A stretch of 64,000 bases of DNA from Minisyncoccota bacterium (GCA_040905385.1 JBBDRP010000002.1:322937-386936); one strand, 5' to 3'. Counted from the stretch's first letter, positions 20,764 to 32,822 are shown. A program made the numbers and translations. Notes: a model not told the origin generated them from the sequence alone.

Positions 20764-22077
20764 TTACTCTTCTTCATTGATGAAGAAGTCAGCAATATCG
20801 GCTTTCTTGACCGTGGCTTCTTCACCAGAGGAAAGCTCCTTGATGGTGACTTTCTCGGATTCAAGCTCGTCATCACCAATAACGATGACGTAATTAGCTC
20901 CGTCCTTGTCGGCATTTTTTAGCTGCGTGCCGATGTTCTTTCCGGAGATATTGACGCGGGTATTCATTTTGACTTGTCGCAGAAAGCCTGCAATCTCGTA
21001 GCCAAAGCCACTATGCTTTTTAGTATCAATCAGACAAATGTCTACATCGAGATGTGAAGCCAGATCCGGCCAGAGCTCATGTGCATCCATAAAGTCAGCC
21101 AGCGTGACATCACCAGCACCAAAGCCAACGGCCGGAACCGGATCAACATCAAAGACTTCCATCAGGTCATCGTAACGTCCACCACCAAACAGTGACCGAT
21201 TGTTTTGTGGGTGGGTGTCGAATATTTCGAACACCACGCCGGTGTAGTAAGCTATTCCGCGAATGAGATTCGGGTCGAAGACGGCGTTGCCGATATTCCG
21301 GTTGGCAAGGCTCTCAAGTATTGAATCGAGTTTGTTCAGCGGCTTGGCCAGCATCGGGAAGGTTTCGTTCATCTGCTCGGTGTCGGTAATGGACAGATAG
21401 GTGAAGAGCCCTTCGGCCTGATCTTCGGAAAGTAGGTCATGCACAGCACCAGTAAAACTGTCTTTGTCGATCTTGGTTTTTTTGTCAATTAGGCCGGCAA
21501 GATCAGCATAGAGATCATCATCAATTTTAAGAACGTCGGTACAGAAGTCAGAAAAAAGTGACCGCGAGCTGATGTGGATCACAAAGTCATCCTCGGCGGC
21601 TCCGAGATTTTTCATCAGCTCGTGCGCAACCGAGATTATCTCGGTGTCAGCTATGGAGTCTTCGATACCAAACAGGTCAACATTTAGCTGCCAGTGCTCG
21701 CGTAATCGTCCACGTTGTGGTCGCTCGTAACGAAAGACATTGGGAATGGCATACCAGCGTACTGGGAATGATAGCGTCTTGGCCTGGGCTGCCACCATGC
21801 GGGCAATGCTGGGCGTCATTTCCGGCCGCAGCATAACCTCGCGATCGCCACGGTCGGTGAATCTGTATGACTGTTCTCCGGCAAGTTCTTCACCGCTTTT
21901 GGCATCATAAAGCGCAGCCGGTTCCAGAATGGAGGCATCAACGGCTTCGTACCCGAAGCTTTCGACGGTTTTCTGCATAATCTTCTCGAGGTAGCGTCGT
22001 CTTCGCAGATCTTCGGGATAGAAGTCACGTACTCCTTTGTAGGCATCGGTGCTAATTTTGTTATTTGAATTACTCAT
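20764..22077 (-). CDS. hisS: Histidyl-tRNA synthetase
   Basis: Class II aaRS motifs. The ...RYERPQRGRLREHWQLNVDLFG block is typical of HisRS. Confidence 0.9.
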   Translation of the reverse strand: MSNSNNKISTDAYKGVRDFYPEDLRRRRYLEKIMQKTVESFGYEAVDASILEPAALYDAKSGEELAGEQSYRFTDRGDREVMLRPEMTPSIARMVAAQAKTLSFPVRWYAIPNVFRYERPQRGRLREHWQLNVDLFGIEDSIADTEIISVAHELMKNLGAAEDDFVIHISSRSLFSDFCTDVLKIDDDLYADLAGLIDKKTKIDKDSFTGAVHDLLSEDQAEGLFTYLSITDTEQMNETFPMLAKPLNKLDSILESLANRNIGNAVFDPNLIRGIAYYTGVVFEIFDTHPQNNRSLFGGGRYDDLMEVFDVDPVPAVGFGAGDVTLADFMDAHELWPDLASHLDVDICLIDTKKHSGFGYEIAGFLRQVKMNTRVNISGKNIGTQLKNADKDGANYVIVIGDDELESEKVTIKELSSGEEATVKKADIADFFINEEE

Positions 22078-22215
22078 ATTTTTTTAAAAACGTTGCAGAT
22101 TATATTTACAGCACATCTCGCCCCGTAGCTCGAGCTTTGTGAGATGGTACCGGGGTAGGCATCAGTTGAGATTGGCTGTTTATCCTTCATACTGTTATGG
22201 TAGCACCAGAACGGG

Positions 22216-22968
22216 GTGATCTCAATAATGTATATATACGAGAAAAAAATTGGTGAGACACCACTGGCGGCGCTGAATCGATTTCGCAAGGAAAATAGCA
22301 TTGCTCCAGATATCCGCTTAAGTTACGCCGGGCGTCTGGATCCGATGGCGTCCGGCAAGCTGTTGATTTTAGAAGGAGAGGAGAATGATCGCCGTGAAAA
22401 TTATCTGAGACTAGATAAAACGTATGAATTTTATATTTTGTTTGGTGTCTCAACAGATACGTTTGACCTATTGGGTATGGTAGATGATTTCGATACTGCA
22501 CCTACGCTTACAAAGAAAGATGTAGAGAAAACACTTAGGTCCTTTGTCGGTACCTCAAGGATGATCTACCCATCATACTCGGCAAAAACAGTTGCGTACA
22601 AAGGGGACATGGTACCGCTGTGGCAGCTGGCAAAGGAAGGAAAAATAGATGAGGTTACGCTGCCAGAAAAGAAGGTTGAGGTGTACAAGGCTTTGTGTAT
22701 GGACCTAGAACTGGTTAACCAGGATTATATATATAATTATATAAATAATTATATAAAAAAAGTTTCGGGTGATTTTCGCCAGCAGGAGATACTCGAGCGG
22801 TGGAAATCGGTGCTCTTACAGCAGGAGGGTGAGTTTCCACTGGCACGGTGCAGCGTTTCTGGCTCATCCGGGCTGTATGTGCGTCGGCTAGCACATGAAG
22901 TTGGGAGAGAGCTTGGTATTCCAAGTCTAGCTTTTTCTATTAGGCGTACAAAGATTGGTGATCAATAA
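22216..22968 (+). CDS. truB: tRNA pseudouridine synthase, TruB family
   Basis: GRLDPMASG catalytic-Asp motif and KTYEFYILFGVSTDTFDLLG block. Contains an AT-rich low-complexity insert (DYIYNYINNYIKK). Confidence 0.7.
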   Translation: MISIMYIYEKKIGETPLAALNRFRKENSIAPDIRLSYAGRLDPMASGKLLILEGEENDRRENYLRLDKTYEFYILFGVSTDTFDLLGMVDDFDTAPTLTKKDVEKTLRSFVGTSRMIYPSYSAKTVAYKGDMVPLWQLAKEGKIDEVTLPEKKVEVYKALCMDLELVNQDYIYNYINNYIKKVSGDFRQQEILERWKSVLLQQEGEFPLARCSVSGSSGLYVRRLAHEVGRELGIPSLAFSIRRTKIGDQ

Positions 22969-23018
22969 AAAATTGCCCTCAAGGAAGGCGGTTTTTATTA
23001 GCCTTTGATTATTCCTGC

Positions 23019-23506
23019 TTATTGTGCGGCCTCTTCCTTGGCTAATCTGCTAATGCTTTCACGGACGGTTTCAAACATCTGAGTGTGGAACCCAAGACCG
23101 CTTCCAGCCAGCGCAGTTAGATCAGCTTCGTGTATGCTTTCGCTAACTCCTTCGATTAGACTCCAGTGGACGACAGCGCCACCAAAGAAGAATCCTGACC
23201 ACTCAAGCAGCTCCATGCCGTCGGCCCAGTCATCCTCATTGGCGAGGTAGCGTCCCTGCATGTCTTCTAGCTTGCTACCGGTGGCTTTCGACTTGGTATC
23301 AACAATTTTGGTTGCATCTGCGGCCCCGGCGATTTTGTCAATTTTTGCAATGTGATCCTCGTTTTTGTTTACGAATTGCTCGATTTCCTCGGCAGTAAAA
23401 ATGTCGGCGCCGATGAATCCATCCTTTCCGCGGGAGAGAAAGTCAGCGCAGGCCCGAGCAAATGCCTTTACCTCACCTAGCTTTTTCCAAATATGTTCAT
23501 TCATAG
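23019..23506 (-). CDS. Hypothetical protein
   Basis: Start taken at the internal Met (MNEHIWKK), because the longer track ORF overruns the atp promoter. No recognised domain. Confidence 0.4.
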
Positions 23507-23563
23507 TTATGTAAATTAATGTCTTCTTAATGCGCTTCAGGCTGAGTGTAACACATTTCGTGG

Positions 23564-23591
23564 TTGCCCATTGCCTGGGCATTTGTATAAT
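23564..23591 (+). promoter_or_regulatory. Candidate atp operon promoter (TTGCCC, 16-bp spacer, TATAAT)
   Basis: Read directly from the sequence. Confidence 0.45.
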
Positions 23592-23635
23592 GAGTGCGTT
23601 CGAGCAAAACATGCGCTATTGCTCGAACATTTTTT

Positions 23636-23908
23636 ATGGCTACTGACAGAAAAAAAGATCGTGCGAAAAAAAAGCAAGAGCAGCTGCGCTCCAAGGCGTT
23701 CTGGATTGCCTTTGAGATGATATTCGTATTCGGACTTCCGGCTGCGGCTGCTGTTGTGTTGAGTCAGTGGCTGATTGCTGATGGGATAATTCCAGACTGG
23801 GGACTTTACCTGGCGCTTGGGTTGGCATTCATTATCTCCTGGGTAATCGTGTTTCTTCGTGTCAGGCGGCTTTCTGATGAATTTCAAGAGGTCGAGAGGG
23901 GGCAGTAA
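23636..23908 (+). CDS. Small two-TM membrane protein upstream of atpB (AtpI/AtpZ-like)
   Basis: Position at the head of the F-ATPase operon. Hydrophobic hairpin. Start at an internal ATG. Confidence 0.45.
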   Translation: MATDRKKDRAKKKQEQLRSKAFWIAFEMIFVFGLPAAAAVVLSQWLIADGIIPDWGLYLALGLAFIISWVIVFLRVRRLSDEFQEVERGQ

Positions 23909-23916
23909 AGAATTAT

Positions 23917-24738
23917 ATGGATTTTCTCCAATTACAACGCGAGCAGGTCAGTATCGAACCCCATACCTTTATGGAGCTGGCTGGTGTTCCGATTACGAAT
24001 ACACTTATTACGGGTATTTTGGTGATGCTGCTTTTGGCAGTCTTCGGAATTTGGGGGCGAAGCGCTTTTTCCTTAATCCCTGGTAAGGTTCAGAATGCGT
24101 TTGAGATGCTGTACGAAGGAATGCTATCGCTGATTCAGCAGGTGGCGGTAGACAGAACGCTGGCCGAGCGAGCCTTTCCTTTGGTGGCAGCTCTGTTTGT
24201 CTACATCGGTCTGGCGAATCTGATTACGCTGGTACCGGGGCTGGGAAGTATAACGCTCTCGGGTGAGTCGCTATTGCGGACACCTACCTCGGACATTAAT
24301 CTACCACTGGCGCTGGCAGCCGGAAGTGTGCTGCTGGTGAATATCGAGGCGGTGAAAGTAGCTGGTTTTTTCTCCTACGTCGGGCGGTACTTCAAGTTCA
24401 AGGAGCTGATTGCAGGTTTTCGCAATGGTGTCCAGGCAGGCTTCGTGGCCCTGGTCGAGTTTTTTGTTGGCCTGCTGGATATCCTGTTTGAGTTCACAAA
24501 GGTTATCTCACTTTCTTTTCGTCTGTTTGGTAACATGTTTGCTGGGGAACTGCTGGCGGTCTTGATTCTCGGCGCAGTTGCGTACGCCGTACCAGCATTG
24601 TGGATGTCATTGAACCTATTGTTTGGTATTGTGCATGCGCTGGTGTTCGGTGCCCTGGCAACCGCCTACTACGCGCTGGCGGTGCGTCCGGAAGAGGATG
24701 TTACTGCACCAACATCAGGGATGGAGGAAGTGTCTTAA
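23917..24738 (+). CDS. atpB: F0F1 ATP synthase subunit a
   Basis: LSFRLFGNMFAGE motif. Polytopic membrane protein. Confidence 0.9.
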   Translation: MDFLQLQREQVSIEPHTFMELAGVPITNTLITGILVMLLLAVFGIWGRSAFSLIPGKVQNAFEMLYEGMLSLIQQVAVDRTLAERAFPLVAALFVYIGLANLITLVPGLGSITLSGESLLRTPTSDINLPLALAAGSVLLVNIEAVKVAGFFSYVGRYFKFKELIAGFRNGVQAGFVALVEFFVGLLDILFEFTKVISLSFRLFGNMFAGELLAVLILGAVAYAVPALWMSLNLLFGIVHALVFGALATAYYALAVRPEEDVTAPTSGMEEVS

Positions 24739-24801
24739 AGATTTTTTAATCATTTACATTAACTAACAGCTAACGGCTAATAGCTAACAGCTAGAAAATA
24801 T

Positions 24802-25017
24802 ATGGAGGAAGAAGCAGCACGCTTAATAGGAAAAGGAATTGCCACCATCGCCATGTTTGGTTCTGGAATCGGTCAGGGGTACCTGATCGGAAAAGCGCTG
24901 GAGGCAATGGGGAGAAACCCTGAAATGTCTGGGGAGCTATTCACGCGGATGATTATTGGTGTTGCGCTGGTTGAGTCAACGGCTATCTACGCCCTAGTTC
25001 TTTTCTTCCTTATCTAG
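24802..25017 (+). CDS. atpE: F0F1 ATP synthase subunit c
   Basis: 71-aa hairpin proteolipid. GIGQG and the conserved acidic Glu (..VESTAIYALV). Confidence 0.85.
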   Translation: MEEEAARLIGKGIATIAMFGSGIGQGYLIGKALEAMGRNPEMSGELFTRMIIGVALVESTAIYALVLFFLI

Positions 25018-25250
25018 CTAGTAAATTTTAGAAACTTCTTCGTTACTCCCAGCGAGTCTCGAACGCGGTATCCACATACCGCTTATCTCGATTCTTGAGA
25101 AAGCCTCGAATTTCTCCAAAATTTCCACGCTATATAGGACAAGAGGATTCAGTCGTGAAATTCACACAAATCCATTGTCTAAACAACAGAGAGCAAGATC
25201 AGGCAGTTATGTAAACCTTTAACTTTTGACTTTTAACTTTCGACTAGCCT

Positions 25251-25763
25251 ATGGATATTCTTACGTCTCTACAATCTATTGGGTTTGACTGGCAGCTGGC
25301 GCTGGCCCACACGATCAACTTTTTGATTGTGGTGGCGCTTCTGAATCACTTTCTCTTCAAGCCGCTGCGTAAGCGCCTGTCTGATAGAAAGGAGGTAATC
25401 GAAAAAGGCGTAGAGGACGCACGAGCCGCCGAAGATGAACGATATCAAGCCAAAGAAAAAGGTGAGAAAATAATTAGGGCTGCAAAAGCTCAGCGTCGTG
25501 AGATTATCACTCAGGCACAGGAAGAGGCAACTGCGTTGATTGCTCAGTCTCGTGACGAGGCCTCCTCCGAAGCAGATGATATTCTCAACAAGGCGCGAAG
25601 AAAAATTGCTGCGGATCGTGAGCGGATGACTCGAGAGCTCGAAGGGCAGGTAGGAGACTTGGCAATTCTGACTGCCGAGAAGATTATGGAGCGAGAAGTA
25701 ACCACCGATGATCACAAGAAGCTCGTGGCGTCGGTTATTAAAGAAGCGGACAAGCATGCGTAA
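25251..25763 (+). CDS. atpF: F0F1 ATP synthase subunit b
   Basis: N-terminal TM plus a long charged coiled coil. Operon position. Confidence 0.8.
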   Translation: MDILTSLQSIGFDWQLALAHTINFLIVVALLNHFLFKPLRKRLSDRKEVIEKGVEDARAAEDERYQAKEKGEKIIRAAKAQRREIITQAQEEATALIAQSRDEASSEADDILNKARRKIAADRERMTRELEGQVGDLAILTAEKIMEREVTTDDHKKLVASVIKEADKHA

Positions 25764-26133
25764 CGTTAAGGATACAACTGATGCGCTTATTCGCTGGTGC
25801 GAAGACCGCGGCGTAGATACCGGCGTTGCTGAGTTTGCCGCCTATATGTTAGATAGTGGTAGCGATTATCTACTACCGGTGGTCCTTGAGGAACTAGAGT
25901 CCCGAAGCAGAGAAGATGCCTTTTACGACCGATTACAGGTGACATCCGCGCAACCACTGGTCGACAAGGAGAAGGAACAGCTGACTTCTGGTTTTGGAGT
26001 TGATATTGCGGATCTCTCGCTCGAGACGGACCAAACACTTCTGGCTGGTGTGTCTTCTGAGTATAACGGAATACAGATAAAGGATAATTTACACGGTCGG
26101 CTACAGGCATTTAAAAATCGTTTATATACATAA
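25756..26133 (+). CDS. atpH: F0F1 ATP synthase subunit delta (short form)
   Basis: Operon position between b and alpha. Start taken at the ATG at 25756. Only 125 aa. Confidence 0.6.
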   Translation: MRNVKDTTDALIRWCEDRGVDTGVAEFAAYMLDSGSDYLLPVVLEELESRSREDAFYDRLQVTSAQPLVDKEKEQLTSGFGVDIADLSLETDQTLLAGVSSEYNGIQIKDNLHGRLQAFKNRLYT

Positions 26134-26135
26134 AT

Positions 26136-27656
26136 ATGAGTAACGTAGAAGATATAACTAAAGCGCTCAAAGATCGGATTAAGCAGCATCAACCAAAAGC
26201 TGAAACTACCGAGGTTGGTCATGTGGTTTCTGTTGGTGACAGCATCGCGCGTATGTCCGGACTTGATAACTGCATCTCTCAGGAGAAGCTACGGTTTGAA
26301 GATGGCACAATCGGCGTGGCGCTGAATCTAGACAAAAGCACTGTTGGGGCAATTATTCTTGGTCCGTTTGAGCATATTTCGGAGGGCGATGTTGTTCGCC
26401 GAACTGGTGAAGTGCTGTCAGTACCGGTTGGTGACGCGCTCTTGAGTCGGACGGTGAGTAGCTTACTGGAACCAATCGATGAGCAGGGTGATATCTCGGA
26501 CACGCAGCTGCTTCCAGTGGAGACAGCTGCGCCAGCCGTTATGGATCGTCAGCCAGTTTCCCAGCCGCTACAGACCGGGATAAAGGCCATTGATGCGATG
26601 GTACCGATTGGTCGTGGTCAGCGAGAGTTGATAATCGGTGATCGTCAGACGGGTAAGACTACGCTGGCGATTGACACCATCCTGAATCAGAAAGGTAAAG
26701 ACGTAAAGTGTGTGTACGTTTCGATTGGGCAGAAGCAGTCTAATGTTGCCCAGATTCGAGCGTTGTTGGGTCGAGCTGACGCGTTGGAGTACACCACGAT
26801 TGTGGCGGCCAACGCGGCTGATGGTGCGGCGGCTCAGTATATTGCACCGTACGCGGCGACGTCGCAGGCAGAGTACCTTATGAACAAAGGCGAGGATGTG
26901 CTGGTTGTTTATGATGATCTTTCTAAGCACGCTGTTGCTTATCGAGAGATTTCTTTGCTTCTTCGACGTCCACCGGGCCGGGAGGCGTATCCGGGAGATG
27001 TTTTCTACCTGCACTCACGACTGCTGGAGCGATCCGCACGGCTTAGTGATGAGCGTGGCGGTGGTTCGATTACTTCGCTGCCGATTATTGAGACCAAGGC
27101 CGGAGATATTGGTGCCTACATCCCGACCAATGTTATCTCCATTACAGATGGGCAGATTTACCTTGAGTCAGGTCTGTTTAATAAAGGAGTTCGCCCAGCC
27201 ATCAATACTGGTAACTCGGTTTCGCGTGTTGGTTCGGCCGCACAGATTCCGGCTATGAAGAAGGTGGCCGGTAAGGTGCGTACGCAGATGGCACAGTTCC
27301 GCGAACTTGAAGCCTTCACCCAGTTCTCGTCTGATCTCGATACCGCCACCAAAGCCAAGTTGGAACGAGGACTGCGTATCCGCGAACTTCTGAAGCAGCC
27401 ACAGTATAGTCCGGTGGCGGTTGGGGTGCAGGTGGTGATCTTTTATGCCATCCGGGAGGGATACATCGATGAGCTTGCGGTTGAAACCCTGGCTGATTAC
27501 CAGCAACAGTTGGTTGATTATCTGCAGTCTACTCAGCGAGAACTTCTCGAGGATCTTGCAGGTGACTGGACGGATGAGCTAGAAAACCGGGTTGAGAAAG
27601 TCGTGAAGACCTTTACCGATAGTTACAGTGTGCAGGTTAAAAAAGAAGATGAATAA
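26136..27656 (+). CDS. atpA: F0F1 ATP synthase subunit alpha
   Basis: GDRQTGKT P-loop and alpha-family blocks. Confidence 0.95.
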   Translation: MSNVEDITKALKDRIKQHQPKAETTEVGHVVSVGDSIARMSGLDNCISQEKLRFEDGTIGVALNLDKSTVGAIILGPFEHISEGDVVRRTGEVLSVPVGDALLSRTVSSLLEPIDEQGDISDTQLLPVETAAPAVMDRQPVSQPLQTGIKAIDAMVPIGRGQRELIIGDRQTGKTTLAIDTILNQKGKDVKCVYVSIGQKQSNVAQIRALLGRADALEYTTIVAANAADGAAAQYIAPYAATSQAEYLMNKGEDVLVVYDDLSKHAVAYREISLLLRRPPGREAYPGDVFYLHSRLLERSARLSDERGGGSITSLPIIETKAGDIGAYIPTNVISITDGQIYLESGLFNKGVRPAINTGNSVSRVGSAAQIPAMKKVAGKVRTQMAQFRELEAFTQFSSDLDTATKAKLERGLRIRELLKQPQYSPVAVGVQVVIFYAIREGYIDELAVETLADYQQQLVDYLQSTQRELLEDLAGDWTDELENRVEKVVKTFTDSYSVQVKKEDE

Positions 27657-27658
27657 TC

Positions 27659-28555
27659 ATGCCGGCATCCACGAAACAAATTAAAGGAAAGATTCAGTCG
27701 GTTGATAACATTAAGCAGATCACCAAAGCGATGCAGCTTGTCTCGGTAAGCAAGATGCGTCGGGCAGCTGATCGAGTTGTGCAAACAAGAGAGTATGCCA
27801 ATCGGGCACGAGAAATTCTTGAAAATCTCACAACCCACGAAACACTGTCACATCCACTCCTGACGTACAACGACACCGATCCCGTCCTGGCCATCGTGGT
27901 GGCTTCCGACAAGAGTCTTTGTGGTAGCTTTAACGCCAACGTAAAGAAAACCCTGTCTCGATTCATTCAGGCAAGCTCCGGTGATCAGGTTGATGTGGTC
28001 GCTGTCGGTAAGCACAGTCAGCGAATGGCACGGCAGATGGGGTGTGAGGTCGTGGCCAGTTATAGTGATTTTTCTGAACATGTATCCGTCGGTGATGTTG
28101 GTGGAATTTTCGAGTTTCTCTATAATCGCTTTACCCAGGCCGCCTACCGACGGGTAGTCGTAATTTACTCGCATTACGAAAGTACGCTGTCGTATAAACC
28201 GCTGGTTAGCCAGCTGCTGCCAGTAGATGCTGCCAGTATGGGAGATACACTGTCGCATATGGTTGATCGTGATCAGGAGATGCAGACCGAGATTATGTCA
28301 CGGTATCTATTTGAGCCCTCGGAAGAGACCGTGCTGTCGGCGGTGATTCCGCGGCTAACCAAGGTGCGACTTTTCCAGGCCTTGATGGAGTCACAGGCAT
28401 CAGAACACTCGGCCCGGATGTTTGCCATGAAGAATGCTACCGAGAACGCTGAGGAGGTTTCTGAGGATCTAGAGCAGAGTTACAACCGAGCCCGACAGCA
28501 GGCCGTGACACAGGAGATATCCGAAATTGCGGCGGCTTCGGACGCGCTTGCCTAA
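27659..28555 (+). CDS. atpG: F0F1 ATP synthase subunit gamma
   Basis: Operon position and gamma-like N- and C-terminal helices. Confidence 0.85.
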   Translation: MPASTKQIKGKIQSVDNIKQITKAMQLVSVSKMRRAADRVVQTREYANRAREILENLTTHETLSHPLLTYNDTDPVLAIVVASDKSLCGSFNANVKKTLSRFIQASSGDQVDVVAVGKHSQRMARQMGCEVVASYSDFSEHVSVGDVGGIFEFLYNRFTQAAYRRVVVIYSHYESTLSYKPLVSQLLPVDAASMGDTLSHMVDRDQEMQTEIMSRYLFEPSEETVLSAVIPRLTKVRLFQALMESQASEHSARMFAMKNATENAEEVSEDLEQSYNRARQQAVTQEISEIAAASDALA

Positions 28556-28564
28556 TTTTAATAA

Positions 28565-29988
<1,424 letters not shown>

Positions 29989-29989
<1 letters not shown>

Positions 29990-30408
29990 TGAATACCTTT
30001 TCCGTCTCAATTGTTACACCATCGGGCCGCATCTTCTCTACCCAGAAGGCTGAGAAGTTGTCGGTGCGAACACAGGCTGGTCAGATACAGATACTGGCAG
30101 GTCACACGCCGCTAGTGTCTGTGCTGAAGATTGGGCAGCTGGTGGTGGAGATGCCTGATGACGAGCACCGCTCGGCGGTGTTCGGTGGTTTTCTGGAGGT
30201 GCGCGAAAGTGGCGAGGTAATTATTCTGGCTGACGAAGCAGAGCAAGGAGCTGATATTGACGTAGCCCAGGCGGAGGCCGCACAGAGGGAGACGCAGCGA
30301 CTTATCTCTAGCCACAAGAAGAAGGACGCAACCTTTCATCAGCTACAGAGTGATCTACAGCGAAGCATTGCCCAGGTACAGGTCGGCAGCTGGTATCAGG
30401 ATAGGTAA
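29989..30408 (+). CDS. atpC: F0F1 ATP synthase subunit epsilon
   Basis: Operon position. 139 aa. ATGA overlap with atpD. Confidence 0.8.
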
Positions 30409-30490
30409 GAATAAATCCTTTCTTTATTTTTTGTTTGTGGCATAATATAGTTAGAACATTCGTTAACAAGAACCAAAAAATGAGGTATAT

Positions 30491-30820
30491 ATGGTAAGTT
30501 CTGTATCAGATTCAATATTCCAAGATATTAAGGATAAAATTAAATCCAAAGACCTAGATAGTAAAGAATCCTGCCAAGAAATTAGTGAAATGATTAATGA
30601 GATGTTGGATTCTCTATCCTTAACTAGCAGAGTAGATCGGAAGAGGATTAAAAGTAAGATATATAATATTGAGCAAAAATTGCTCGAAAAATTTAATCTG
30701 AAAATTCATGTCGATGATTATCATGAAAAGCATCGATTAGAATTCAGTCCTCAAAATGAAATAGCAAAAGCTCGAAAGGATTTACTTGATGAGGTAAATG
30801 ACAATCTTAAACTTTTATAA
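30491..30820 (+). CDS. Hypothetical coiled-coil protein, low-GC gene
   Basis: 109 aa, K/E/D-rich. Strongly AT-rich. Extended -10 (TGGCATAATAT) upstream. Conserved-family terminator downstream. Confidence 0.5.
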   Translation: MVSSVSDSIFQDIKDKIKSKDLDSKESCQEISEMINEMLDSLSLTSRVDRKRIKSKIYNIEQKLLEKFNLKIHVDDYHEKHRLEFSPQNEIAKARKDLLDEVNDNLKLL

Positions 30821-30826
30821 CAAAAA

Positions 30827-30857
30827 ACCACCACGTCCGACGTGGTGGTTTTATTTA
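30827..30857. terminator. Bidirectional terminator ACCACCACG-tccga-CGTGGTGGT flanked by an A-run and a T-run. Conserved hairpin family.
   Basis: Lies between convergent genes. Confidence 0.6.
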
Positions 30858-30878
30858 TTCAACTATATCTAGAAGTGA

Positions 30879-31325
30879 TTACGTAGCTTTACTGATCTGT
30901 TCGATAATATCCTTAGGATGGCTGTCGACAAAGTTTCCGGAAATTTCTGCAGTGATCTTGTCCTGGAGTTCTTTCGGCAGCTCGGCCTTGGTGGTTGCCT
31001 TGTCCTGCGGTGACGAGATCAAGATCACCTGATCGATTTCGCTCATAGAGATATCATTAAGCGTTAATTCTAGTGCATCGTGGAACTTCTTTTTAATCTT
31101 ATCCGCTTCATCGCGTTGTGGTTCGTTCGATCCGAGTGTCTTTCCGCCGCTGCGGCGCTGGAAGGTACCCGGCTGGTCATCATGCTCGATACCATCTATA
31201 CGTATTTCTGCCACCGTCTCAATCTGACTTTCATACGCAATGTGAAGGTCAGCTGACTGTGAGCTCGCTACAATAATAAGGGTTTTATCGTCGGCAAACT
31301 GGGGAAATTTGTCTGGTATAAACAT
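30879..31325 (-). CDS. Hypothetical protein, possibly baeRF1-like / 'host attachment protein' family
   Basis: 148 aa. The pattern TLIIVASS..PGTFQRRSGGKTLG..IDQVILISSPQ..SHPKDIIEQI resembles that family, recalled from memory only. Confidence 0.35.
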   Translation of the reverse strand: MFIPDKFPQFADDKTLIIVASSQSADLHIAYESQIETVAEIRIDGIEHDDQPGTFQRRSGGKTLGSNEPQRDEADKIKKKFHDALELTLNDISMSEIDQVILISSPQDKATTKAELPKELQDKITAEISGNFVDSHPKDIIEQISKAT

Positions 31326-31337
31326 ATAAAGTATTGA

Positions 31338-31760
31338 TTAGGTGTTTAGTGTAGCTGTACAGTGTGGGCAGCGAGAGGCTTCATCAGCAATCGGCTCCTT
31401 GCAGTGGTCGCATTTTCGTACCGGTGCCTCAGCCGTATCATCGTCGGCGCGTTTGAGTTTATTTATGTAGCGAATGACAAGAAAGACAGAGAAGGCGATG
31501 ACCGCAAACTCGAAAATGGTGCTGATAAAGGTGCCGTAATTAATCGTCACAGCTTCGGTTCCGTCACCGGCAGACCTGATCACTAGATCCAGATTGGTGA
31601 AGTCAATATCTCCAACCAGAATTCCAATCGGGGGCATAATCACGTCCTCAACCAGTGAGGTCACAATCTTGGAGAATCCAGCACCGATGATGATACCGAC
31701 AGCAAGGTCGATGGCATTTCCACGAATGGCAAACTCCTTGAACTCATCAATGATCTTCAT
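31338..31760 (-). CDS. mscL: Large-conductance mechanosensitive channel MscL with a C-terminal CxxC..CxxC zinc-ribbon extension
   Basis: N-terminal MKIIDEFKEFAIRGNAIDLAVGIIIGAGF is a classic MscL signature. C-terminal CDHCKEPI...CPHC. Confidence 0.85.
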   Translation of the reverse strand: MKIIDEFKEFAIRGNAIDLAVGIIIGAGFSKIVTSLVEDVIMPPIGILVGDIDFTNLDLVIRSAGDGTEAVTINYGTFISTIFEFAVIAFSVFLVIRYINKLKRADDDTAEAPVRKCDHCKEPIADEASRCPHCTATLNT

Positions 31761-31855
31761 TACAGGTGTTGTTGGTTATAGGTCGAGTAAAGACAGTTCG
31801 GTATAATCTATCTATTCTTTCTGTGTATCTGATTATACCTGATTTGGAATCTTTT

Positions 31856-32257
31856 TTAATTATCTGTCTCGGGTGAGAAGTCCAAAGCGCATGAATTTAT
31901 ACAGAATCGCTTTCCACTAGCAGGCTTTCCGTCGGCGCGCCTTTCTGGGCCATCATTAAATACGTGTCCGAGATGGGCGTCGCAGTTGACGCAGCGTACC
32001 TCGGTTCGTTCCATACCGAGAGAGGTGTCTGTTTCCAATGTAATCTTTTCGTCATCTACAGCTGTATGAAAGCTGGGCCAGCCAGATCCGGAGTCAAACT
32101 TTGAGTCTGCAGAGAAAAGCTCTTCGTTGCAGACAATACAGTGATACATTCCATCACGATCTTCTTTAAGAAGTGCTCCGGAAAAAGGCGGTTCAGTGGC
32201 GGTGTTTTGAGTTACGTCACGACTACGTGGAGATAAGTTATTTTGATTCTTCTTCAT
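31856..32257 (-). CDS. msrB: Peptide-methionine (R)-S-oxide reductase MsrB
   Basis: Two CxxC zinc pairs plus the RCVNCDAHLGHVFNDGP catalytic block. Confidence 0.85.
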   Translation of the reverse strand: MKKNQNNLSPRSRDVTQNTATEPPFSGALLKEDRDGMYHCIVCNEELFSADSKFDSGSGWPSFHTAVDDEKITLETDTSLGMERTEVRCVNCDAHLGHVFNDGPERRADGKPASGKRFCINSCALDFSPETDN

Positions 32258-32364
32258 ATACCTCTATACTAGCATCTTTTGGCCATTATATTGACTGGTT
32301 GACAATTATGGAGTTGTGATAACATAGATAGTGTAGTAATGATTTATTAAATAATACTATTGTT

Positions 32365-32670
32365 ATGGAAGAACAACACAACACACCAAACGACCAGGAG
32401 CACGCCACGGAGCACCAGAACCCACAGTCAGGACATTCTGAGGAGGCAGCAGGATCAAATACTATCCTGATCGTCCTTTTGATTATTATCGTCCTGGTTA
32501 TTGGTTTCTTCCTGCTGAGTGGAGCCGAGGATGTTGATGTACCGGTGGATGACCAAACAACCGAGGTACAGGAAGAGGAAACAACCACTGCTGATGATGA
32601 AACTACAACGGAAACTGAGGCTGGTGTTGAGGTTGAAGTTACTGACAGCAACAACGAGTCAGCAGAGTAG
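32365..32670 (+). CDS. Hypothetical small protein with one TM helix and an acidic Thr/Glu-rich tail
   Basis: 101 aa. ILIVLLIIIVLVIGFFLL transmembrane helix. Conserved-family terminator downstream. Confidence 0.45.
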   Translation: MEEQHNTPNDQEHATEHQNPQSGHSEEAAGSNTILIVLLIIIVLVIGFFLLSGAEDVDVPVDDQTTEVQEEETTTADDETTTETEAGVEVEVTDSNNESAE

Positions 32671-32694
32671 ATTTTTCTACATCTAAAGAAGGAA

Positions 32695-32720
32695 AACACC
32701 ACGTCAGGCGTGGTGTTTTT
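32695..32720 (+). terminator. Terminator AACACCACG-tcagg-CGTGGTGTT plus TTTTT. Conserved hairpin family.
   Basis: Read directly from the sequence. Confidence 0.6.
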
Positions 32721-32822
32721 ATATACGACGGAAAGTAAAACGGGCTTTTGTTGACGATATGGTAAAAGTTATACTATAATTAAATGAGATCAAAAAGGAA
32801 TTATTACTTAATCTACTTGAAT

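Noticed and set aside
22078-22215. Possible T-box leader for hisS (GGTACC-containing segment GATGGTACCGGGG)
   Set aside because: The match to the T-box consensus is only the palindromic GGTACC core and sits on the wrong strand for hisS. The spacer is also too short for a T-box riboswitch.
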